Source of the DNA: Anaeramoeba ignava BMAN
Taxonomy: Eukaryota; Protista; Anaeramoebae
Direction of reading: 5' to 3'
NCBI GenBank assembly: GCA_028826165.1
Contig: JAPDFW010000136.1
Span: 744,001 to 808,000 of the forward strand
Length of the DNA stretch: 64,000 bases
Under the pieces are notes generated by a model. The model saw nothing but the letters and a program-made list of their open reading frames with translations, had not been told where the DNA came from and ran no database searches. This document shows, piece after piece, positions 35,306 to 46,919 of this stretch. The first letter of the stretch is position 1, and each line of letters opens with the position of its first letter. Made by a program: the position numbers and the translations under genes.

Positions 35306-37922
35306 TTAAATTTGTTTATCAGAATTTTCATTTTCTTGTAATTGATCCACATTTTGATTATTATTTTCATTATCTATTTTTTCTTTTTCATTTTCATCAT
35401 CAGTTTGAACATTTTCTTGTAAATCAATAGTTTTAGTTTCCAATTCAATTTGTTGTTGTTGAGCTTGTTCTAATTTTTTTTGATCAACAAAAGATTCTTG
35501 AAATGTTGCTTTTGTTACATTTCTTTTTATTGTTTTAACATATTCTTCATCTTTTTTGATTGCTTTAATAATTGGTTTTAAATTCGGAACCCAAAATAAA
35601 AATCCAACACAAAATGCAACCTAATTTTTAATTTTAATTTTATAAATGAATTTTAATTTTAATTTTATAAATGAATTTTAATTTTAATTTTATAAATGAA
35701 TTTTAATTTTAATTTTATAAATGAATTTTAATATTAATTTTATAAATGAATTTTAATTTTAATTTTATAAATGAATTTTAATTTTGATTTTAATTTTTAT
35801 TTAATTTTAATTTTAATTTAATTTAGATTTTTAATTTTATAAATGAATTTTAATTTTGATTTTTAATTTTAATTTCAATTTTATAAATGAATTTTAATTT
35901 GAATTTTAATTTTAATTTTAATTTTAATTTGAATTTTAATTTTAATTTTAATTTTAATTTTAATTTTAATTTGAATTTTAATTTTAATTTTAATTTTAAT
36001 TTTAATTTTAATTTTAATTTTAATTTTAATTTTAATTTTAATTTTAATTTTAATTTGATTTTTAATTTTAATTTTGATTTTAATTTTACATCAAGTGTCA
36101 AAATAACTCTATTAGTTATACTTCCTGCTGAACTATCTGTGGAACTATTAATTGGATTTCGAACAAGCCAAAAAAGAAATCCTATTATTCCTCCAATTAT
36201 TCCAACTATTACTGCTCTTTGAATTTCTTTATATTCACTATATTCATCAATAATTTTTCGAGTCTTAATAACCATAAACTTTTTTGTATTTTAATTTTAA
36301 TTTTAATTTTAATTTTAATTTTAATTTTAATTTTAATTTTAATTTTGATTTTAATTTTAATTTTGATTTTAATTTTAATTTTAATTTTAATTTTAATTTT
36401 TAATTTTAATTTTAATTTTAATTTTAATTTTAATTTTTAATTTTAATATTAATTTTAATTTCATTTTTAATTTTAATTTTCATTTTTGAAAAATAGTTAC
36501 AATCAATAACCCAATATTAGCAACTAATAATATAATAAGAATTACTACAGTAGCAGTTGTTGATTTACATTTTTCTCCTTCAACTGAATAATACATTCCA
36601 CCAAAAGCAGTAACAACTATTATAAATTTTAACAAAAAAAAATAAAGGAAAAATTAAATACAAAAGAGAAATTCCAAAAAAAAAAAACTGAATAAATTAC
36701 AAATTGCTAATAATAACCAAGGTGCTTGTAAAATTGCAAGTCCAACATAGAATACTTTTAATGTAGGTCTTTTATGTTTTTGAAAAACTAACCATAACCG
36801 AAAACTTCTTAAAATTAAGCAATTAACCCAAACTGAAAATCCAAGGAAAAATTGAATCCAAACTAATTTATAATATTTTTTAAGTTTAAATCAAATTTTG
36901 TTATTGAAATTTCTTTTTCTAATTTTTAAAAGTGGAAACCTCTCCAAAGTGTACAAATCGCCCAAAAGCTACCATCTGGTCTACTAAAATGATTATTTGC
37001 AACCTAAATTTAATTTTATAAATGAATTTTAATTTTGATTTTAATTTTAATTTTGATTTTAATTTGAATTTGATTTTGAATTTGAATTTGAATTTGAATT
37101 TGAATTTGAATTTGAATTTGAATTTGAATTTGAATTTGAATTTGAATTTGATTTTGATTTTGATTTTGAATTTTAATTTGAATTTGAATTTGAATTTGAA
37201 TTTGAATTTGAATTTGAATTTTAATTTTGGTTTTGAATTTTAATTTGAATTTGAATTTGAATTTGAATTTTAATTTTGATTTTAATTTTAATTTTGATTT
37301 TGAATTTTAATTTGAATTTGAATTTGAATTTGATTTTGATTTTGATTTTGATTTTGATTTTGATTTTAATTTTATAAATGAATTTTGATTTCAATTTTAA
37401 TTTTAATTTTATTTTAATTTTATTTTAATTTTAATTACAATTTGAATTTTAAAATGAATTTGAATTTTAATTTAATAAATTAGTTTAGATTTTAATTTTA
37501 ATTTTAATTACAATGCTTGAAGATGAAATAATAACACCTGCAATTGTAAAAAACATAACAATTTCAGGTTGTTTTGCTTTAATAGCACCATATTTTTTAT
37601 AATAAAAGAAAATTCCTAAACCAACAAGAGTAACAACACAAATAAGTAGAGTCACTACCTTTAATAAAAAGAAAATAAAAAGAAAAAAAAAGAAAAATTA
37701 ATTTGAAAAGATTTGTTGTTTAAAAAAAAAATTAATTAAGAAAAAATATAAATAAAAAATTAATTAAAAAAAATTTAAAAATAACGAAAATGCAAAAAAA
37801 TTAATTAAAAATAATAAAAAATAATAATAAATAAAAATACTAACAGCAACAACATAATCAATCCATAAACCTCTTTCTGTTGGTTTATCAGCATAAGCAT
37901 CAAGAAGTTTAATATTAATCAT
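35306..37922 (-). CDS. Multi-pass (probably 7TM) membrane protein, GPCR-like, with satellite-expanded introns
   Basis: Hydrophobic exons MINIKLLDAY..WIDYVVA, VVTLLLICVVTLVGLGIFFYYKKYGAIKAKQPE, WIQFFLGFSVWVNCLILRSFRLWLVF, DEYSEYKEIQRAVIVGIIG, AFCVGFLFWVPNFKP, then an acidic tail. Confidence 0.65.
35625..37510. repeat. Intronic (AATTTT)n/(AATTTG)n tracts in four introns of the 7TM gene
   Basis: Runs at ~35625-36087, 36288-36490, 37010-37510; source of spurious poly-NF/IL/LN ORFs. Confidence 0.9.
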
Positions 37923-38334
37923 TTGATAAGTCAATTAGAAATCAAAATAAAAAAAAAAGAAATTAAATCAAAAAAAAAAATGAAAAAATGAAAAATGAAA
38001 AATGATCAAAAAGAAATATTTTATTGAAAAAAATAAAATTAAAAATAAAAAAAGAAAATTTTTTTCTAATTGAATATTAACAATTGTTTTTTATTTTATT
38101 TTATTTTTAGTTTTTATTTTTATTTTTATTTTGCTTTTTATTTATTGATCAAACTTAATTAAAACTTAAAAAGAAAAAAAAATTTTAACTAAATAAATTA
38201 ATTGATGAAAGGAAATAATAATAAAAAATAATAAATTAATCCCTAAATAGATCAAATGATTTATTTGCTATATTTTGTAAAAGAAAAATTTATTGTTAAA
38301 GATTTCCTTTTTGATTTTCATTATTCAAAAAGTG

Positions 38335-40352
38335 GAATTTTATATTTAATTTTAGATTTAATTTTAGATTTAATTTTAATTTTAATTTTGGATTTAATTT
38401 TATATTTAATTTTACATTTAATTTTAGATTAAATTTTAATTTTAATTTTAGATTTAATTTTAGATTTAGTTTTATATTTAATTTTATATTTAATTTTGGA
38501 TTTAATTTTATATTTAATTTTATATTTAATTTTGGATTTAATTTTAGATTTAATTTTATATTTAATTTTATATTTAATTTTATATTTAATTTTATATTTA
38601 ATTTTAGATTTTAATTTTAGATTTAATTTTATATTTAATTTTGGATTTAATTTTAGATTTAATTTTAATTTAATTTGAATTTTAATTTTAATTTTAATTT
38701 TAGATTTTGATTTAATTTTTAGTTTAATTTTTGAATTTGAATTTTTGATTTAATTTTTAATTTAATTTTTAGTTTTTAATTTTGTATTTAATTTTATATT
38801 TAATTTTATATTTAATTTGAATTTTTAATTTTTATTTAATTTTGAATTTTAATTTTAATTTAATTTTATATTTAATTTTGAATTTATTTATTTTATTTTA
38901 ATTTTTGATTTAATTTTAATTTTAATTTTTATTTTTTAATTTTAATTTTAATTTTAATTTTTGAATTTTGAATTTAATTTTTAGATTTAATTTTGATTTA
39001 ATTTTGGATTTAATTTTTAGATTTTAATTTTAATTTAATTTTAGTTTAATTTTATATTTAAATTTGAATTTTAATTTTAATTTTAATTTTGAATTTTAAT
39101 TTTAATTTTATTTTAATTTTAATTTGAATTTTAATTTGAATTTTGATTTTAAATTGAATTTTGATTTTGATTTAATAAATTAGTTTTAGATTTAATTTTA
39201 ATTTTAATTACAATGCTTAATTTTAATTTAATTTTGCAATTTCAATTTTATATTTAATTTTATATTTAATTTATATTTTTTTGAATTTTATATTTAATTT
39301 TACAATTTAATTAGAGTCATTTAATTTTAATAAAAAATTTTAAAAAGAAAAAGAAAAATTAATTTTAAATTTAATTTGTTGTTTAAAATATTTAATTTTA
39401 AGAAAAATATAAATAAAAATTAATTAAAAAATTTAAAAATAACGAAAATGCAATTTTTAATTAAAAATAATAAAAATAATTTTAATAAAATTTTAATTTT
39501 AACAATTTAATTTTAATCAATTTAATTTTAAATTTAATTTTATATTTAATTTTATCAGCATTTTAATTCAAGTTTAATAATTTTTGATTTAATTTCAATT
39601 AGAATTCAAAATTTAAAAAGAAATTAAATCAAAAATGAAAAATGAAAAATGAAAAATGATCAAAAAGAAATATTTTATTGAAAATTAAAAATTAAAAATA
39701 AAAAGAAAATTTTTTTCTAATTGAATATTAACAATTGTTTTTTATTTTATTTTAGTTTTTATTTTTAGTTTTTAGTTTTTATTTTGCTTTTTATTTATTG
39801 ATCAAACTTAATTAAAACTTAAAAGAAAAAAATTTAACTAAATTAATTGAAAATAATAATAATAAAAATAATAAATTAATCCCTAAATAGATCAAATGAT
39901 TTATTTTATATTTATTTTGTAAAAAGAAAATTTTTATTTAATTTTAAAGATTTTATTTTTGATTTTTATTTCAAATTTTGGATTTTTATTTTTAATTTTG
40001 ATTTAATTTTATATTTAATTTTAGATTTAATTTTATATTTAATTTTTGGATTTAATTTTAGATTTAATTTTATATTTAATTTTAGATTTAATTTTATATT
40101 TAATTTTGGATTTAATTTTATATTTAATTTTAGATTTAATTTTGGATTTAATTTTATATTTAATTTTAGATTTAATTTTAGATTTAATTTTATATTTAAT
40201 TTTATATTTAATTTTGGATTTAATTTTAGATTTAATTTTGGATTTAATTTTAATTTTAATTTTAATTTTAATTTTAGATTTAATTTTGGATTTAATTTTG
40301 GATTTAATTTTATATTTAATTTTATATTTAATTTTAATTTAATTTTAATTTT
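38335..40352. repeat. 12-bp-periodic (ATTTAATTTTAK)n tracts with a degraded duplicate of 37470-38330 embedded at ~39170-39980
   Basis: ATTTAATTTTAT/AG/GG units. Unique words AAATAACGAAAATGCA and CCCTAAATAGATCAAATGAT recur about 1.64 kb apart. Confidence 0.85.
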
Positions 40353-40399
40353 ACATTTTTTTAAATTTCATTTTTCTAAATTTTTTTTTCTTTAAATAA

Positions 40400-41584
40400 A
40401 TGGAAAAAGAAAATTTATATTATGAAGAATCTAACTTCCCAATCGAACAGGAAAACCCAAACCAAATTGGAACATTAGTAATACAAAACGGAACAAGCGC
40501 AATCAAAGCAGGATTTGGAGGAGATGATGCACCAAGAACAAGTTTTCCAGCAATAATAGGAAAATCGCAACAAAAAAATATTATGATTGGAATGGGAATT
40601 AGAGAATATTTTGTTGGAGACGAAGCAGAAGCAAAACGAGGAGTACTTAAATTAACATATCCAATAGAAAACGGAATTGTGAAAAATTGGGAAAATATGG
40701 AAAAAATTTGGCATCATACTTTTTATAATGAATTAAGAGCTCTTCCTGAAGAAAATCAAATTTTGTTAATTGATACACCTTTAACACCTTTAAAACAAAG
40801 AGAAAAAACATGCGAAATTTTTTTTGAAACTTATAATACTCCAAAATTATTCATTTCTATGAATTCCCTTCTTTCTTTAATAGCAAATGGAAAAACTACT
40901 GGTACTATTTTACAAAGTGGACATGGAGTTACAACTTGTGTTCCAATTTCCGAAGGTTTTATCAACAAAAACTCAATTTTACGTTCGAATTTGGCTGGCA
41001 AAGTTTTGGTTGATTATCTTAATGATTTATTAACGGAATCAGGTTTTTTCTTCTCGAATTCTGCTGATTTTGAAACAATAAAGGATTCAAAAGAAAAATT
41101 ATGTTATGTTGCTTTAGATTTTGAAAGTGAACTAAACAAATCAATTGAAAATTCTCAAATCAATGTTGATTATGCTCTTCCAGATGGAGAAAATATTGTT
41201 TTTGGAGATTGTCGTTTTAGATGTCCTGAGCTCATGTTCAAACCTCATTTATTTGGATTGGATGATATTCTTCCCTTTCACGAAATGGTTTATAAATCAA
41301 TCATGAAATGTCCCATTCACAGTAGAAAAGATCTTTTTTCTTCTATTATTTTATCTGGTGGATCAACAAAATTTTCAGGATTAAAAGAAAGAATCACAAA
41401 TGAAATTTCTCGACTTGTCCCGAATTCCGTTAAAATTCAAGTCTTTGATCCTCCTGAAAGAAAATATTCTACTTGGATTGGTGGTTCTATTTTAGTTTCT
41501 CTTTCTAACTTTCAAAAATTTTGGGTTTCTAAAAAAGAATATGAAGAATATGATTCTCGAACACTTTTAAGCAAATTTATTTGA
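40400..41584 (+). CDS. Divergent actin / actin-related protein (394 aa, intronless)
   Basis: KAGFGGDDAPR, VGDEAEAKRGVLKLTYPIENG, MEKIWHHTFYNELR, KEKLCYVALDF, RFRCPE, ILSGGSTKF, PPERKYSTWIGGSIL. Confidence 0.93.
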   Translation: MEKENLYYEESNFPIEQENPNQIGTLVIQNGTSAIKAGFGGDDAPRTSFPAIIGKSQQKNIMIGMGIREYFVGDEAEAKRGVLKLTYPIENGIVKNWENMEKIWHHTFYNELRALPEENQILLIDTPLTPLKQREKTCEIFFETYNTPKLFISMNSLLSLIANGKTTGTILQSGHGVTTCVPISEGFINKNSILRSNLAGKVLVDYLNDLLTESGFFFSNSADFETIKDSKEKLCYVALDFESELNKSIENSQINVDYALPDGENIVFGDCRFRCPELMFKPHLFGLDDILPFHEMVYKSIMKCPIHSRKDLFSSIILSGGSTKFSGLKERITNEISRLVPNSVKIQVFDPPERKYSTWIGGSILVSLSNFQKFWVSKKEYEEYDSRTLLSKFI

Positions 41585-41745
41585 AACCAATTTTGTTTTA
41601 TTTATAATTAGAACAATAATTATCAAATTAAAGATTATTTTTTTGGATTAAAATTCATCTTTATTAAATTTGATTTGAAATTAAAATTAAAATTAAAATT
41701 TAAATTTAAATTTGAAATTAAAATTAATTAAAAAAATGTTTTGAT

Positions 41746-44700
41746 TTAATTTTCTCGTTCAACAAAAACAGAAATCAAATCTTTAATTCCAGAAGAACGT
41801 CCAGAAATAATATCAGAAATTCCAAATCCAGTAATATTTTGTAATCCAGGTGCAAGTGGAAATAATTGAAGAGGAACTTTAACAGAAGATTGAGGTTGTA
41901 CTCTTCCAATATCCTTTTTAATTAATTTTATAATTAATTTATTATTCATTTCATTTTTTATTTAATTTATTTTTTACAAAGCTTGAAAGACCTGATATCA
42001 TAATTCCTTTCATTTTTTCTTTGAAAAAAATCATTTTCAAATCCATTTCTTGATTACTAAGATTTTGGATTTCACATTCAATTTCAAATGGTTTTTCAAC
42101 ATAAATTTTTTCTGGAATTTTAGAAACAATAACTTCAATAACTTGGTTTGCTTCAACCTAATAAACAAATCAAATCGAATCAAATCAAATCAAATCAAAT
42201 GAATTTTAATTTGAATTTAATTTTAATTTGAATTGAATTAAATTTTGAATTTTGATTTTAATTTTTAATTTTAGATTTGAATTCAATTTTAAAAAATAAA
42301 TACATCTCTTAAAAATTCACGTGTTTGAAGATGTCCTAAATTTCCAAATAAAGTTCTCCATGAAATTGATAAATATCCAAGATTACTAATTTGCTAAATA
42401 AAAGTAATTTAAATAAAATTGAAAAATTCATTTAGTTTTTCATTTATATTCAAAAAAAAAAAGAAAGAAGTGATTTTTCTACTCTTGATTTTGCAGCAAA
42501 TTTTTCTTTTGGTTTAAATTTAAAAAGATATTGGCGATGATTATTTTTTTGTAAATAAGATAAACCTGAAAATGTTCCATCTTGTTTTTTTTGTTTTTGT
42601 TTATCATCATCATTATCATTATCATTACCATTATCATTATCATCATCATTATCATTACCATCATTTTTGATTTGATTTAAATCTTCCATTTCAAAATATG
42701 CTGATGGTTCAAATTTAATATTTTCCAAAAATAATGGATGATTTGTTTTGTTTTCAATTCTTGATTCAAGAAAAACTTTTTCAAGAGAAAGAGTTTTAAT
42801 TGTATGAATTTTTGTTTCTAAACTTAAAGGACTACTGACTCTAAAATTAAGTGAAGTTTTAATTGTTTTTGTTTCACCATCAAGTTTTTGATACCAAACT
42901 GTACAAGTAATTCTTTAATTTTGAATTTTAAATTTAAATTAAATTTTTTGAATTGAATTAAATTGAATTAAATTAAATTTTAAATTGTTTACGAATGATC
43001 TTCTGGTTTTTTTGCTTCTTGTTGAATTAAATAATCATGATGTTTTCCTGGTGCTAATTTATCAAGTGGTTTATTAGTAGAATCAACTAAATTATAAATT
43101 TGAGTTAATGATCTCATTTCAACTTTAACACTTAATTTTGAAACATATTGAGTAGAGTGATTAAAAATGCTAATATAACATCTAAATTCTTCACTTAAAT
43201 AAACATCTCTATTGGAATTTATAAATGAATTTTTAATTTATAATTGATTTATAATTTATAAATTAATTTGAATTTATAAATGATTTTGAATTTATAAATG
43301 ATTTTTAATTTATAAAATGATTTTTAATTTATAAATTATTTTTAATTTATAAATGATTTTTAATTTATAATTTATTTTTAATTTATAAATAATTTTTAAT
43401 TTATAAATTAATTTTAATTGATTTTGAATTTATAAATTGATTTTTAATTTATAAATGATTTTTAATTTATAAATAATTTTGAATTTATAATTGATTTTTA
43501 ATTTATAAATTGATTTGAATTTATAAATGATTTTTAATTTATAATTGATTTTTAATTTATAAATGATTTTTAATTTATAAATAATTTTGAATTTATAAAT
43601 GATTTTGAATTTATAAATGATTTTGAATTTATAATTGATTTTTAATTTATAAATGATTTTTAATTTATAAAATGATTTTTAATTTAAATTATTTTTAATT
43701 TATAAATGATTTTTTTTAAATGATTTTTAATTTTGATAAAATTTTTAATTTATAAATTAATTTTAAATTGATTTTGAATTTATAAATGATTTTTAATTTA
43801 TAAATGATTTTTAATTTATAAATGATTTTGAATTTATAAATGATTTTTAATTTATAAATTAATTTTAATTTATAAATGATTTTTAATTTATAAATGATTT
43901 TTAATTTATAAATAATTTTGAATTTATAAATTAATTTTAATTATTGATTTTTAATTTATAAATGATTTTTAATTTATAATTTTTAATTTATAAATAATTT
44001 TTAATTTATAAATAATTTTTAATTTATAAATTAATTATAAATGATTTTGAATTTATAAATGATTTTTAATTTATAAATAATTTTTAATTTATAAATTAAT
44101 TTTAATTGATTTTGAATTTATAAATTATTTTTAATTTATAAATGATTTTTAATTTATAAATGATTTTGAATTTATAAATGAATTTTTAATTTATAAATAA
44201 TTTTTAATTTATAAATGATTTTGAATTTATAATTGATTTTGAATTTATAATTGATTTTGAATTTATAAATGATTTTTAATTTATAATTGATTTTTAATTT
44301 ATAAATGATTTTGAATTTATAAATGATTTTTAATTCATTCTTTTCCTTTCCTTACTCTGTTTCTTCTGGAAATATTAAGAAATCACTAAATCCAAGTGCA
44401 CATTGTCCTTCTGCCATTTCTCCAACTTTTTGATATGTTGAAGGTCGTGAATGTGGAAAAATTTTATGAAGTGGTTCAGGTTCTTCACAAGTCATTGGAA
44501 AATTAAGAAAAAAATCTGGTGTGGAAAGTTTAATCACTAAAATAATAATAATAATAATAAATTTCATTTTTTGTTGTTGTTTTTAAATATGGAAAAACAA
44601 TTTTGTTGAAATTTCTTAAATTACTTCTAACTGTTATTAAATGTGGATCTTCAACAACTGTGCTTTGTTTTCCTTTCTATAAAAAATTTTATTAAAAATT

Positions 44701-44766
44701 TTATTTAAATTTTATTTAAAAATTTTATTAAATTACACTAATATTTGATTGTAATTTATTTGTCAT
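41746..44766 (-). CDS. TRAPPC13: Trafficking protein particle complex subunit 13 (multi-exon)
   Basis: HLITVR/xIKLSTP, DVYLSEEFRCYISIFN, RQYLFKF, GYLSISWRTLFGNLGHLQT, VPLQLFPLAPGLQNITG match TRAPPC13/Trs65 motifs. Confidence 0.82.
43212..44335. repeat. Intronic ~18-19-bp minisatellite (TTTTTAATTTATAAATGA)n filling a ~1.15-kb intron
   Basis: Dozens of variant units between acceptor ~43209 and donor ~44355 of TRAPPC13. Confidence 0.92.
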
Positions 44767-44854
44767 TTCTTTTAAATAATGAAAAAAAGAAAAAAGAAAA
44801 AAAATGAAAATAATTTTTTTGAATTTTTTTTTTTCATTTTTTTTTCTTTTTTTA

Positions 44855-45410
44855 ATGTTAAAACCAAAATTATTAACAAAAACTTTACAACAAACAAACA
44901 CAGATGGAATTAATGGAACAATGTTAATATTTATTATAAAAAAAATCTTTAAATTTTCCTTCATTTATAAATTATATGATTTAATTTTAATAATAATATT
45001 TTTCATTTTAAAAAAATTTTAAAGGTTATTTAATTCTGATGGAAGTTTAATTGCTTCATCTGGAGATAGAGATAAAAATCGTACTATTGCAGCAATTACT
45101 GCAAATATTTGGCAAACATATCAAAAAAAATCAAATGATCCTTTAATAAATTCTGATTTAAATGTTGTAATGATAAATTGCAAGGTTTGTTTTGTTTAGT
45201 TTAGTTTAGTTTTTTGAAAGAATTTAGTTTTTTAATTTCTAAAATAATAAAAAAAATAATAAAAAGGAAGGTAAAGTTATAATAAAAGAAGTTTGTAAAA
45301 TGTTCTTATGTGTTCATTCTGGAAATGATGTACCAACTGGAATACTTAAAGAAAAATTAATATCTTTAGCAAAATTCCTTGAACCTTCTCTTTCCAAAAT
45401 AGTTATTTAG
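44855..45410 (+). CDS. LAMTOR2: Ragulator subunit LAMTOR2 (roadblock domain), 3 exons
   Basis: MLKPKLLTKTLQQTNTDGINGTM|LFNSDGSLIASSG..AAITANIWQTY..CK|EGKVII..GILKEKLISLAKFLEPSL closely parallels MLRPKALTQVLSQANTGG. Confidence 0.9.
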
Positions 45411-45517
45411 AAACAAAATGAAACAACAAAAATAATTTAATTTCTTTTAAATTATGAAGAAAATTTATAAAGAGAAAATTCAAATCTTTTTTTTTTGTTA
45501 ATTTTATTTTCTTATTT

Positions 45518-46804
45518 TTAATTGTCTTTGGTTTCAATACCAAGACCATAAGATTGACTTAAGGAAATGATTCCTGTTTGAGGATTCCATTCAAAACCAC
45601 CTTTAAATGGTTGAGATTGGTCATCAACAAGCAGTGCACCATCAACATCAGCCTTTTCAGCAAGAGGAAGAAGCACTGCAGAAGCATTTGATAACAGAAT
45701 AGATCCGACCATCATTCCGATCCAAATCTTTAATCCTGCTTGTTTGGCTTGAGTTATAACAGAGACTGCATTGCGAAGTCCGCCTGTTTTCTCAAGCTTG
45801 ATGATCACTCCATCAATAAAAGGAGCAAGAGTTTGGATCTGGTTTTGATCAGAAAAACTCTCATCAGCATAGAAAAGAATTCCTGCTGAATGAGAAATGA
45901 TTTTTGCATTTTTCCATTTTTCATTTATATTCTGATCAGAAGGAAAAACAGGTGGAAATGGTTGTTCAACCATAACAACTCGTTTAGGACATGTGACATT
46001 AACAAAAGACACAAAACGCTCAACAAATCCAGTATCCCAAGAGCCATTGGCATCAACACACAACTGTCCAAGTTTCTTTGCGGAATCATCACCATCTTTG
46101 ACACTTGAATTGTCTTCTTTTTCTTGTTCTAAAATTTCTGAGAAAACAAATTTGATCCATTCAAAATCAAGATTGACTTTGATTTTTAAATTGTTTGTGT
46201 ATTTTCTTCCAAATTTGATTGTGTTTTTTGTTTCTTCTTTGTTATCAGTCATTGCAATAGTGTAAAAGCCAAGTCCTTCATTTCCTTCAATGCCAAGAAG
46301 TTTTCTGGCAGTTTGTTTTGTCAATTTACCAAAAAGATCCCAAATAGCCATTTCAAAGCCACTTTTTGCTGGATTTGCATATGATTCCAGATTAGCAGGG
46401 CAGTAATCAAGTGCAAAAAAAAGCACATGAATAGGATATGGGACATTGACATCTTTGGGTTTTTGTTGAGGAATATTTGAATATAAGTCATAACTGTCAA
46501 GTTGTTTTCTCAAATCAACGTTTTCAGTTTCAAGTGAATCTGACAACAGAAAATCCAAAAGACTAAAAAGACTTTTCATCCATTCCATAACATCATCTGG
46601 ATCTGCAACGTAAATTGGAGGTTTTTTTGGTGGAAGTCCAACTTCTCCAAATCCAGTTTCATTTCCATTTGAAATTGTGATTAAAATATTTTCTCTTTTA
46701 TTTGAAAATGAATGACTTGTTCCAAAAGTTGTTCTTAAATTTAATGGAAAAACTTTACAAGAAATTTCAATTTTAGAATCTTTGATAATAAAAGTTTTTT
46801 TCAT
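45518..46804 (-). CDS. Enolase-superfamily (MLE subgroup) enzyme, L-Ala-D/L-Glu epimerase-like
   Basis: GFGE, EMAIWDLFGK, KIKV, VDANGSW, VEQP, ADES, IKLEKTGG, GMMV, DVDG; intronless. Confidence 0.88.
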   Translation of the reverse strand: MKKTFIIKDSKIEISCKVFPLNLRTTFGTSHSFSNKRENILITISNGNETGFGEVGLPPKKPPIYVADPDDVMEWMKSLFSLLDFLLSDSLETENVDLRKQLDSYDLYSNIPQQKPKDVNVPYPIHVLFFALDYCPANLESYANPAKSGFEMAIWDLFGKLTKQTARKLLGIEGNEGLGFYTIAMTDNKEETKNTIKFGRKYTNNLKIKVNLDFEWIKFVFSEILEQEKEDNSSVKDGDDSAKKLGQLCVDANGSWDTGFVERFVSFVNVTCPKRVVMVEQPFPPVFPSDQNINEKWKNAKIISHSAGILFYADESFSDQNQIQTLAPFIDGVIIKLEKTGGLRNAVSVITQAKQAGLKIWIGMMVGSILLSNASAVLLPLAEKADVDGALLVDDQSQPFKGGFEWNPQTGIISLSQSYGLGIETKDN

Positions 46805-46919
46805 TTTTTTTAAAAATAGAAAAATAGAAAAATGAAAAAATAATTTTTGTTTTTTTGTCTATTTAAAAAGCTTTAAAAAAAAAAGAATTTTTTCTTGTTT
46901 TTGTTTTTGCTTTTTCTTT

